Origin: Macrostomum lignano
Taxonomy: Eukaryota
Assembly (NCBI GenBank): GCA_002269645.1
Contig: NIVC01001326.1
Span: 43,792 to 107,791, forward strand
Direction: 5' to 3'
DNA length: 64,000 nucleotides
This document shows positions 23,775 to 35,200 of this stretch, one piece after another. Every line of letters starts with the position of its first letter. Positions within the stretch are counted from its first letter, which is position 1. The notes under the pieces are model-generated. The model ran no database searches. It was not told where the DNA came from and saw nothing but the letters and a program-made list of their open reading frames with translations. Position numbers and translations under genes: made by a program.

Positions 23775-25215
23775 AGTCACACCAGAGTCAGACCAGAGTC
23801 AGACCAGAGTCACACCAGAGTCACACCAGAGTCAGACCAGAGTCAGACCAGAGTCAGACCAGAGTCAGACCAGAGTCACACCAGAGTCACACCAGAGTCA
23901 CACCAGAGTCAGACCAGAGTCAGACCAGAGTCACACCAGAGACACACCCAAGTCACACCAGAGTCACACCAGAGCCACACCCAAGTCACACCAGAGTCAC
24001 ACCAGAGTCACACCAGAGTCACACCAGAGTCACACCAGAGTCATACCAGAGTTACCTAATTCACACCAGAGTCACTTAAGTCACACCAGAGTCACACCAG
24101 AGTCACACGAGAGTCACATCAGAGTCACACCCAAGCCACACCCGAGTCACACCCAAGTCACACCCAAGTTACGCCAGAGTCACAACAGAGTCACACCAGA
24201 GTCACACCCAAGTCACACCCAAGTCACACCAGAGCCACACCCAAGTCACACCAGAGTCACACCAGAGTCACACGAGAGTCACACCAGAGTCACACCAGAG
24301 TCACATCAGAGTCACACCCAAGCCACACCCGAGTCACACCCAAGTCACACCCAAGTTACGCCAGAGTCACAACAGAGTCACACCAGAGTCACACCCAAGT
24401 CACACCCAAGTCACACCAGAGTCACACCAGAGTCACACCAGAGTCACACCAGAGTCACACCAGAGTCATACCAGAGTTACCTAATTCACACCAGAGTCAC
24501 TTAAGTCACACCAGAGTCACACCCAAGTCACACCAGAGTCACACCAGAGTCACACCAGAGCCACACCAGAGTCACACCAGAGCCACACCCAAGTCACACC
24601 AGTGTTACAACAGAGTCACACCAGAGTCACACCAGAGTCATACCAGAGTCACCTAATTCACACCAGAGTCACTTAAGTCACACCAGAGTCATACCAGAGT
24701 CACACCAGAGTCACACCAGAGTCACACCCAAGTCACACCAGAGTCACACCAGAGTCACACCAGAGTCACACCAGAGCCACACCAGAGTCACACCAGAGCC
24801 ACACCAGAGTCACACCAGAGTCACAACAGAGTCACACCAGAGTCACACCCAAGTCACACCAGAGCCACATCCAAGTCACACCAGAGTCACACCCAAGTCA
24901 CACCAGAGTCACACCAGAGCCACACCAGAGTCACACCAGAGTCACACCAGAGTCACACCAGAGCCACACCCATGTCACACCAGAGTCACACCCAAGTCAC
25001 ACCAGAGTCACACCAGAGTCACACCAGAGTCACACCAGAGTCACACCAGAGTCACACCAGAGTCACACCAGAGCCATACCAGAGCCATACCAGAGTCACA
25101 CCAGAGTCACACCAGAGCCATACCAGAGTCACACCAGAGCCACACCAGAGTCACACCAGAGCCACACCAGAGTCACACCAGAGCCACACCCAAGTCACAC
25201 CAGAGTCGTACCAAG
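23775..25215. repeat. 11-bp minisatellite CCAGAGTCACA
   Basis: ~1.4-kb array with CCCAAGTCACA/CCAGAGCCACA variants and internal block duplications. Confidence 0.95.
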
Positions 25216-25451
25216 TTCACACTTAATTCCCAATAGTTTCACACTTAAGTTACTTTGTAAGCACAGCAGAATAGAAAGCAGTTATAGAAATATTCCCAGC
25301 GCTGGTCCGATCGTAAAACCAAGAAAGTTCTACACAAGTCTGGCTCTCACAAGGAATTCAGAGAATATTCCACGGAATCGGTTTAGATAATCTTATCTGA
25401 ATTAATACTCCTGTTTTGCATGCACCTACGCCGTACCAGCGCGGTGCCTAT

Positions 25452-25515
25452 GGGGCCGTAGCCCAGTGGTCTAACGCGGGCCTTTTTGTGCCAGCGGCCC
25501 AGGCTCGATTCCAAG
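25452..25515 (+). other. tRNA-like Pol III head (SINE 5' end or tRNA pseudogene)
   Basis: GGGGCCGTAGCCCAGTGGTCTAACGC (A box) and GGCTCGATTCC (B box); no pairing 3' acceptor strand, so not an intact tRNA. Confidence 0.5.
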
Positions 25516-25689
25516 TGCAGTGAAATTAATTTGGGGACTAGATTGGACTCTCGGCTTGGCTCTGCTCGTGCAATTGAGGGCCAACCCCCCCCCCTCCCCA
25601 AGGCACAGTGAAGTTTACATGCCTAACGATAAATAAAGTTAGGGCTGCTGTACACTCCTGTGTGAGTGTGTGCCTGTGCGTATGACCAA

Positions 25690-26230
25690 GATCAGTCACC
25701 CCGGCCAGTCACCCCGGCCAGTCACCTCGGCCAGTCCACCAGTCACTTAGGCCAGTCACCCCGGCCAGTCACCTCGGCCAGTCCACCAGTCACTCAGGCC
25801 AGTCACCCCGGCCAGTCACCTCGGCCAGTCAACCAGTCACTCAGGCCAGTCACCCCGGCCAGTCACCTCGGCCAGTCCACCAGTCACTCAGGCCAGTCAC
25901 CCCGGCCAGTCACCTCGGCCAGTCCACCAGTCACTCAGGCCAATCACCCTGGCCAGTCACCTCGGCCAGTCCACCAGTCACTCAGGCCAGTCACCCCGGC
26001 CAGTCACCTCGGCCAGTCCACCAGTCACTCAGGCCAGTCACCCCGGCCAGTCACCTCGGCCAGTCCACCAGTCACTCAGGCCAGTCACCTCGGCCAGTCC
26101 ACCAGTCACTCAGGCCAATCACCCCGGCCAGTCACCTCGGCCAGTCCACCAGTCACTCAGGCCAGTCACCTCGGCCAGTCCACCAGTCACTCAGGCCAGT
26201 CACCCCAGCCAGTCACCTCGGCCAGTCACC
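25690..26230. repeat. Compound GGCCAGTCAC-based repeat (~45-bp higher-order unit) abutting the ENaC stop codon
   Basis: GGCCAGTCACCC / GGCCAGTCACCTC / GGCCAGTCCACCAGTCACTCA sub-units. Confidence 0.9.
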
Positions 26231-26231
26231 C

Positions 26232-29200
26232 TCAGTCGGCCAGCCCGCCAGCGTCAAACTTTTGAACGCGGCCAGCAGCCGTAGCTGCCGCAGTCACCGC
26301 AGCCGCAGTCACCGCAGCCGCAGTCACCGCATCCGCAGCAGGTGGCGCCTCTCCGCTGTCGCCGGCGCCATCAGAGCAGCCAAGCAGTCTCTTAAACAGG
26401 TAATAAATAAACTCGAGCAGCTCCACTAAAGTGATGACAGTCAGGCCTCCCCACAGAGAGAATGAGCCGCCGATCTGTGAGATCAACGCCTCCAGGGTGA
26501 TCTGCAGTTTCTCCCGGGTCACCGTTCGGGCAAAATCCGGCCGGAACACCCGCAGCCGAAGGAAATTATCCCTGATGAGGTTGCCCTCCTCCGACTGCAG
26601 CAGGTCGGCGGCCTTGGCGGCCTGGCCGCTCTGCATGAGGCTGTCCAATCGGCTGTACACTCTGAACTTGCCAGCCAGCATGGAGTTGTTGCGCACCCTT
26701 AGCCTGTAGAAGTCCAGCTCGTTAGTTTTCGGCGGCCACAAAGATTGATAGGCGGTGCTTTTGAACGCCAGTGAGTGACAGGAGGCCGGGCAAGCGACGC
26801 CCGAGTCGCTGGCGATGAGGTTGCGCGGGTCCAGCTCCTGCTTCGAGGCGCAGTCGTAGCTGCGGGTAGATAGAGGCGGATCTATAGACTGACAATAGAT
26901 CTACTTGTAAATGTATCACAAATGTATCACAGAGTCAAATGACCAAATATATAGACATCAAGCGATCTAGATATATACGCCAAGAGGCCACCATAGACGC
27001 CAAGAGATTCACATGGATAGGCATTCAAAGACTCGCATCCAGGAGATTCCAGGAGCCACAGTGACCTACAGGCACCAACAAATCTAAATATATAGAAACC
27101 CAGTGATCTATAGACAGCCAGAGATCTATAGACACCCAGAGATCTATAGACAACCGGAGATTTATAGACACTTAGAGATCTATAGACTCAGATATCCTCA
27201 TCTACAGTATAGACACTTAAATATTTAAAATGTTTAACAACCAGAGATTTGGATCCATAGCCACCCAGAAATCAGGTATTTTGACGAACAGACTCAGATC
27301 TAGGTACCTAAGCAAGATCTAGAGATACCCTGTTCTCAGATCTATACAGGCCCCTAAGCGCCCAAACCGCTGCAGTGTGAGCGCATCTCATTGCCCTTGG
27401 ATTCGGACTGCTCACGCAAAGCAGGGAATTATTAAATTAATTTCGAGTCAAAGGTTCTGAGGTCAAAATTTTCCTTTTCCAATACTTCATTTTAGCCCTT
27501 AGACAGGGAATTATCGCCTCGGATTACAACTCTTCCCTTGAGGCGCTTAAATCCTAGAAATGCGTTTCACTCCTCAAAATATTGGATTTCTTTTGGGCGC
27601 ATAAATGAAATAAAATTCGTACATAGCATTATTATAAACAAATTGCAGTTATTCAGTCTTAATTCTGTTGCATCTTGTCTGTAAGTCTTCTGTACCTGTC
27701 TATAAATCTCCTGTATCTGTCTGTAAGTCTCCCTGTATCTGTCTGTAAGTCTCCCTGTATCTGTCTGTAAGTCTCCCTGTATCAGTCTGTAAGTCTCCCT
27801 GTATCAGTCTGTAAGTCTACCTGTATCAGTCTGTAAGTCTACCTGTATCAGTCTGTAAGTCTACCTGTATCAGTCTGTAAGTCTACCTGTATCTGTCTGT
27901 AAGTCTACCTGTATCTGTCTGTAAATCTCCCTGTATCAGTCTGTAAGTCTACCTGTATCTGTCTGTAAATCTCCCTGTATCTGTCTGTAAATCTCCCTGT
28001 ATCAGTCTGTAAGTCTCTCTGTATCTGTCTGTAAGTCTCCCTGTATCTGGCTGTAAGTCTCCCTGTATCTGTCTAAGTCTACCTGTATCTGTCTGTAAGT
28101 CTACCTGTATCTGTCTGTAAATCTCCCTGTATCAGTCTGTAAGTCTCCCTGTATCTGCCTGTAAGTCTCCCTGTATCTGTCTGTAAGCGAAAACAGAGAA
28201 ATTTTGTTGAGAACAATGGTGCGCCAAAGCGGTGTCTAGTAGCATTTTTTAAAATTGGAGCATCAAACTTGGGTTAAACAACAAATTTCTCCGGGCATCG
28301 CACCTGGTGAAGAAGGCGTTAAAGTTGAGCGACTGGTTGCCAACCTGGCCGCAGAAAGGCACCCCGCTGTGCTCGCTACTGAGCGGGAAGTCCGGATCAA
28401 CACAGCCGCAGTGTCGCATGATGGAGTTCTGCACCTCCAGCTGCCGGCAGGTGAGACTGTCGTACTCGAACTCACGACTGTTTGCGCCTCTGTCGTCGCC
28501 GCCGCCTCCGCCGCCGCTACCGATGTGCAGCTGGATTCGCCGCCTCTCCGTGCAGTTCTGCTTCGGCGAGTGTTTGTACTTTTCAATGCTGCGCGCTTCG
28601 ACCAACTCGATGACACTCTTTGTGCCCGGCAGGACGTGGATGCCGAGCTGGCTGATCCTGGGATAGCTTCCCGCCGGGTGCACCATCACGTGGGCCCCGA
28701 TGCTGTCGTCCAGGTCGAACAGAGTTGAAGAGTCGTTGCAGATATCCTCGTCTTGACAGCTGTGCATCTGCTCCGTGTCAAGGTACAGGTCCATCTCCAG
28801 CGCCTGGGTTGTGTTGGCAATGTCGGCCGTAGGCGTCAGCATGAAGCAGGTGAAGAACTGTGGATTCGGTATGAGCAGCACGTCCGAGTCCAGGTTGCAG
28901 CTTCGCTGTTGGAGCTTCGAGTCCTTGACGTAGGTGAAGTTGCAGGTGCCATCCAGCACGAAGTCGTGAAAAGCCAGACCGATGCGCCGGACGGTGTCCA
29001 CGCCCCAGTTCTGATAGAGAAACGACTTGTCTGTCAGCGCCTTGAAGCTCTGGGAGAAGTTGGCGTCGTTTCTCAACTGGGTGAGCATGTGCAGCAGGCG
29101 GATGTCAGCGACGTTCTTTTCCGTTCGGCTGCCGAACCTGCGAATCATGTCAGTGGAGAAGGGCTGCAGGTTGCAGACGGTCACGGAGGGGAACGGCACG

Positions 29201-29454
29201 AGTTCAGAGTAGTGCTCAGTGGTGACTTCCAGCACGGTCTGGTAGAGGCGGTAGGTGCTGACCAAGCGCACTGTGAAGACCAGGCTGATTCCCAGGAAGC
29301 CGGACACGGAGACCAGCCACACCAGCTTCCAGCAGGCGCTGCGGCAGCGCAGAATCCTGGGCACTCCGCGGACAGACGACAGCAGGCAGAACCGGATGAG
29401 TTCGTCTTTGACCGACTCTGGCTGGCCCGATCTTTGCATGATGTCGCGGCTCAT
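26232..29454 (-). CDS. DEG/ENaC (amiloride-sensitive sodium channel family) subunit, 592 aa, two coding exons
   Basis: Exons 29454-28304 (1151 nt, donor AG|GTGCGA) and 26859-26232 (628 nt, acceptor CCGCAG|C), phase 2 consistent. Motifs: pre-TM1 FCLLSSVRGVPRI, TM1 LVWLVSVSGFLGISLVFTV, FPSVTVCNLQP, Cys-rich thumb CRQLEVQNSIMRHCGC, CPASC, TM2 LISQIGGSFSLWGGLTVITLVELLEFIY. Confidence 0.92.
27675..28188. repeat. 22-bp minisatellite CTGTAAGTCTCCCTGTATCTGT (ENaC intron)
   Basis: About 23 units. Confidence 0.93.
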
Positions 29455-29872
29455 AGCTGCTTCTGCTACAGACAGGCAGGCAGGCAAGCAAAAGTTCCCG
29501 AAGATTTCCTGAGGATTTCCTGCCTTTAGTCCACGAATTCGCCCTCTCTCTGTCCTTCTGTCCGCCAATGCGCGAGTTTCGCCGCTCACTGCTTGAACGC
29601 ATCGGGGCGGAGTTGCAGTGCACTTCTGGTCTTCCGAATTGCCAATGCAGCCAGCAGGTGTTTTGTCCGGGCTGCGCTCACAAGTTTATCAAGCTGCTTT
29701 TTCATGAACTGCTGCCGGAGACCGGCAGGCAAGCAAAGTTGCGGCGAAATTGCAGCCGCTCCTGTCTCTGCAGTGTTTTGTCTGGACGGATCTGTCTATG
29801 GCCAAACCCCACTCAGCGCCGTAACAGCAAATCTTTAGGAAATCCGCTGTTGCCCCTCTCCAAAAGTACGGC

Positions 29873-30048
29873 AAGGTCGGGGGTTCGATTCTCGACCCGC
29901 TTGGAACAATTTGTGTCCATAAGCAAAACACTTAACTCTGCATTGCTTCAGTTCGCCCAGCTGTAAAATGGGTGCCAGCATTAGCTGGGGTAGTTGAGGA
30001 TGTGTGGCGACCCCCCAGTCCTTGGACTGAACAGCCGTACGCAGTCTT
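29873..30048 (+). mobile_element. SINE copy, 5'-truncated, retaining the B box and central domain
   Basis: GGTTCGATTCTCGAC...TGTGTCCATAAGCAAAACACTTAACT...CCCAGCTGTAAAATGGGTGCCAGCATTAGCTGGGG...TGTGGCGACCCC...GGACTGAACAGCCGTACGCAG; same family as 22905-23159. Confidence 0.75.
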
Positions 30049-30434
30049 GAGTTGAGATACTGAGAACTTTTTGATAAAAACTGAAATCTTCCCATCTCGC
30101 CTCCAGCAGAATCTGCCAGTACGGCGTAATTCTACCCTAGAAACTTTTGTCCTGCTACAGATCCGGATAAAAATCAAAGAACCAGTATGAACCGGATCCA
30201 AACCGGAGTCTTGATCAAATTCAACGCATTTTGCACGCAAGCGACTCAAGGAGCCGTGAGCTGCTAGCAGCGGGTGGCAGTCTCAGATTCAACTGCCGAG
30301 CACGCGATGCAGGTTGGCTGGGCTGAGTCTGTGACTCGGATGAGCTGAAACGGAACACTTATAGACTTGCTATAAATAGGTATCCGGTATGGACATCCCG
30401 TTTGATATGTTTCTTGTCAGACAGTCTGTTTTAG

Positions 30435-30645
30435 AATGATATTGGAGTGATATTGGAGTGATATTGGAGTGATATTGGAGTGATATTGGAGTGATATTAA
30501 AGTGACATTGGAATGATATTGGAGTGATATTGGAGTGATATTGGAGTGATATTGGAGTGATATTGGAGTGATATTGGAGTGATATTGGAGTGATATTGGA
30601 GTGATATTGGATTGATATTGAGGTGATATTGGGGTTATATTGGGG
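30435..30645. repeat. 11-bp minisatellite ATATTGGAGTG
   Basis: About 19 units. Confidence 0.92.
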
Positions 30646-31274
30646 CCTAAGCCTCTTTAATCTCCGTGATCCTTGTCTAAGAGACTTACGAGTACTTAGT
30701 ATGAAGTCCTAAAATCTCTATATTGAAGTCAGCTAGCATTAGAAATTAGAAATCGATAATCATAATTAAATTTCAGATCTTTTCACTTTCTCTCTATCCA
30801 GGTCACCTGTGCTCTCGCTTTGCTAGGCTGGATCCATAGCAGTAATAAAGTTTGCATTGTACAGTTTCAGATACAGTAACTGGGTAGGCTGATCGGGTTT
30901 TGCCAGCTAAACTTAGCAGTCCTTGAACTTGAAGCGAGTCTAGTCCTGCTATGCTGTCAATGGAGTTTACAATCGCACAGCTGAATTCAAATTTCAAGCA
31001 AAAAACTGCACATCCATGAGAACAAGTAGTTCTGACTCAATCGTATTTGATCAGTCTGGGAACTCTGTGCAATCACAGCTGTCAGACATGCAGGCTTGTA
31101 CGCTCGTACTCGTAATGGCGCTTTTAACTTCAAACAATTTTCTTGGGGGGTGGGGGACAATTGAAAGCAGGCTCTGATGGTATTTCAAATATGTTTTCCT
31201 AAAAAAAGGTTAGAGCCTTGGTGATCTTCTAGCAAGCCCTTCGAGCGTAGACTCACCTTTTGCTCCACCGGCAC

Positions 31275-31555
31275 TGCTTTCTGTCCACTGTCCCTTGCTT
31301 TCTGTCCACACTGTCCCCTGATTTCTGTCCACTATCCCTTGCTTTCTGTCCACACTTTCCCCTGATTTCTGTCCACTGTCCCTTGCTTTCTGTCCACTGT
31401 CCCTTGCTTTCTGTCCACACTGTCCCCTGCTTTCTGTCCACTGTCCCTTGCTTTCTGTCCACACTGTCCCCTGATTTCTGTCCACTGTCCCTTGCTTTCT
31501 GTCCACTGTCCCCTACTTTCTGTCCACTGTCCCCTGCTTTCTGTCCACTGTACCC
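31275..31555. repeat. 21/23-bp minisatellite CTTTCTGTCCA(CA)CTGTCCCTTG
   Basis: Tandem array. Confidence 0.9.
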
Positions 31556-32049
31556 TGCTCCATTGTCCAATGTCCTTGGAAAAAATTCGAGATCACACAT
31601 GTGCGCTACAGATGGAAAAGTTCAAATCGAAATGATTTGTTTATTCAAATTGGCGCGATTATAACTGTAAATTTTAACAAAACCATTGCGGTTAGGTTAA
31701 ATATTTCTATATTACTAAGCGAAAAAAATGTGTATGGTTATAGTGATAATAAAAATTAAATGACAATCTTTAAAAAAAGTTCTAGCCGAAATTTTAATCT
31801 ATATATCTAAAATAGAATACAACCTACTCAGTTAAAGCACTTTTCTATTTGGCGCTGTTTAACTTAAAAACATGAACTTGAACAAAATGAGAATATCTGA
31901 AGGATGAGCAAAGTTGAAGTATTTTTGATTGTTACAAAATATGGTTAGTTTATTAATTAGTGATGTAACAAAGCCAATTCTCGTTGCGCAGCACTAGTAG
32001 GCATACACAACCTGCTGGGTTCGAACCACGGAGACAATTGCAACGACAG

Positions 32050-32201
32050 CTACCGGCTCTTGAGGCTGCGTGAAGGCGGAGTCGGCGGGGCGGCGCTCCC
32101 AGCGCTCCTCTCCAAGGTGGACAGCACCGAGGGTATTCGAGGCGGGCTGACCACACGGTGACGCTGCCGCAAGCTGAAGCTCGTCCTCACTGAGGAGGAA
32201 C

Positions 32202-32232
<31 letters not shown>

Positions 32233-35200
32233 GGGCGGCGGGGGCGGAGGTGGCGGCGGTGGCTCAGCTACATCCTGAGTCGACCGCACTAGGGACTCTA
32301 TGTCATCCTCTTGAGCAGTAGTCGACCTGAAATTGTGCCTTAAATCCAAGTTCCTTAAAAACTCTGTATTCCCTAGGCTTCCCAATCCCTAAAATCTCCA
32401 TTCCCCTAAACTCCCCAATCCCTAAAATCCCCATTCCCCATAAACTCCCCAATCCCTAAACTCCCCATTCCCCTAAACTCCCCAATCCCTAAACTCCCCA
32501 TTCCCCTAAACTCCCCAATCCCTAAACTCCCCATTCCCCTAAACTCCCCATTCCCCTAAACTCCCCAATCCCTAAACTCCCCATTCCCCTAAACTCCCCA
32601 TTCCCCTAAACTCCCCAATCCCTAAACTCCCCATTCCCCTAAACTCCCCAATCCCTAAACTCCCCATTCCCCTAAACTCCCCAATCCCTAAACTCCCCAT
32701 TCCCCTAAACTCCCCATTCCCCTAAACTCCCCAATCCCTAAACTCCCCATTCCCCTAAACTCCCCATTCCCCTAAACTCCCCAATCCCTAAACTCCCCAT
32801 TCCCCTAAACTCCCCATTCCCCTAAACTCCCCAATCCCTAAACTCCCCATTCCCCTAAACTCCCCATTCCCCTAAACTCCCCAATCCCTAAACTCCCCAA
32901 TCCCTAAACTCCCCAATCCCTAAACTCCCCATTCCCCTAAACTCCCCATTCCCCTAAACTCCCCATTCCCCTAAACTCCCCAATCCCTAAACTCCCCATT
33001 CCCTAAACGCCTCATTCCCTAAACTCCCCATTCCCCTAAACTCCCCATTCCCCTAAACTCCCCAATCCCTAAACTCCCCAATCCCTAAACTCCCCATTCC
33101 CCTAAACTCCCCATTCCCCTAAACTCCCCAATCCCGAAACTCCCCATTCCCTAAACTCCCCAATCCCCAGCTCCGCATACCCTAAACTCCCCAATCCCCA
33201 ACTCCGCATACCCTAAACTCCCCAATCCCCAACTCCGCATACCCTTAACTCCCCATTTTCTAAACCTGTCCATTCTCTAAACTCTTCTTTATTATAGGAG
33301 AAATCTAGGTTTTTTCAGAAAAATGATGCATTTGTTCAAAAATAAAATAGGAATTCTACGTCTGCTACTTCTAGTAAGCTGCAAGGCAATTCTACTCACG
33401 CAAAGTCCTGACTGTTCAGCCACTCTCTCGTGCGCGAGTTGGGCGTGCTCCACTCTAAGAAGATGGGCGATTCAGCCCCGGCAGCATTCAGCAAGTCATC
33501 GTGGGATCGCGTCTCCAACCGGACCTGTCGTGAGTGCGGTTGCCTGCGTGGGTGGATGCGGTGGTTATGAAATTGAAATTGGCGGCTACTGATAACTATA
33601 AATTAGCCTTGCTACTGATAACTATAAATTAGCCTTGCTACTGATAACTATAAATTAGCCTTGCTACTGATAACTATAAATTAGCCTTGCTACTGATAAC
33701 TATAAATTAGCCTTGCTACTGATAACTATAAATTAGCCTTGCTACTGATAACTATAAATTAGCCTTGCTACTGATAACTATAAATCAGCCTTGCTACTGA
33801 TAACTAAATTAGCCTTGCTACTGATAACTATAAATTAGCCTTGCTACTGATAACTAAATTAGCCTTGCTTACTGATAACTATAAATTAGCCTTGCTACTG
33901 ATAACTAAATTAGCCTTGCTACTGATAACTATAAATTAGCCTTGCTACTGATAACTATAAATTAGCCTTGCTTACTGATAACTAAACTAGCCTTGCTACT
34001 GATAACTAAACTAGCCTTGCTACTGATTGACTAAACTAGCCCCACTACTGATATCTGCTGTACCCAAATATTAACCCGAATCCAATGCACTTTTATTTTA
34101 TTTTATTAACTTATCCCGTTAAATAAAATAAGCATACCACTAATTTATGCTCAACTAATAGCACCCTTCGACTTAACGCGGATTCTCAATGCAAAAATAC
34201 AATACCTCATAATTAGTTTGAGCTATTTTACTCATGGATAAGTTTCTCACAGTCTGCCCCCGTGTCGTAGTGAACAATTAACTGAGACTGACTGGGACTG
34301 GCTGACTCACTCAGTCTGTCAGTCGAGCACAGAGATGGAATGAGGACACAATATTCGGTTAAAGTCTTCATTGTGTGCAAGTGTACAATGTGAGAGGCAA
34401 CTGAGCCTAAACTTCTCAAGATGCACTTGCAAGTTGTTTACGAAGAAACTTATGCCTATACTCTCGTTTGCACTGCAGTGCTTTGCGCCGCTTTGAGCAC
34501 CTCAGACTATAATTCCTGCCTCGCTTTCTTACTCATTCATGAGCTCATGAACTCACTCATGAACTCATTCATGAACTCACTCATGAACTCATTCATGAAC
34601 TCACTCATGAAGTCAACCATGAACTCACTCATGAACTCATTCATGAACTCACTCATGAACTCACTCATGAACTCACTCATGAACTCATTCATGAACTCAC
34701 TCATGAAGTCAACCATGAACTCACTCATGAACTCATTCATGAAGTCACTCATGAATTCAACCATGAACTCACTCATGAACTCACTCATGAACTCACTCAT
34801 GAATTCAACCATGAACTCACTCATGAACTCATTCATGAAGTCACTCATGAATTCAACCATGAACTCACTCATGAACTCACTCATGAACTCACTCATGAAC
34901 TCACTCATGAATTCAACCATGAACTCACTCATGAACTCACTCATGAACTCACTCATGAATTCAACCATGAACTCACTCATGAACTCATTCATGAACTCAC
35001 TCATGAATTCAACCATGAACTCACTCATGAACTCACTCATGAACTCACTCATGAATTCAACCATGAACTCACTCATGAACTCATTCATGAACTCACTCAT
35101 GAAGTCATTCATGAACTCACTCATGAATTCAACCATGAACTCACTCATGAACTCATTCATGAACTCACTCATGAAGTCAACCATGAACTCACTCATGAAG

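Noticed and set aside
25452-25515. Intact tRNA gene
   Set aside because: A and B boxes are present, but the acceptor stem cannot be closed and the T stem is mismatched; treated as a SINE head or pseudogene.
28255-29623. Overlapping ORFs 28255..28728, 28753..29529, 29216..29623 and similar
   Set aside because: Antisense or alternate-frame shadows of the GC-rich ENaC exon.
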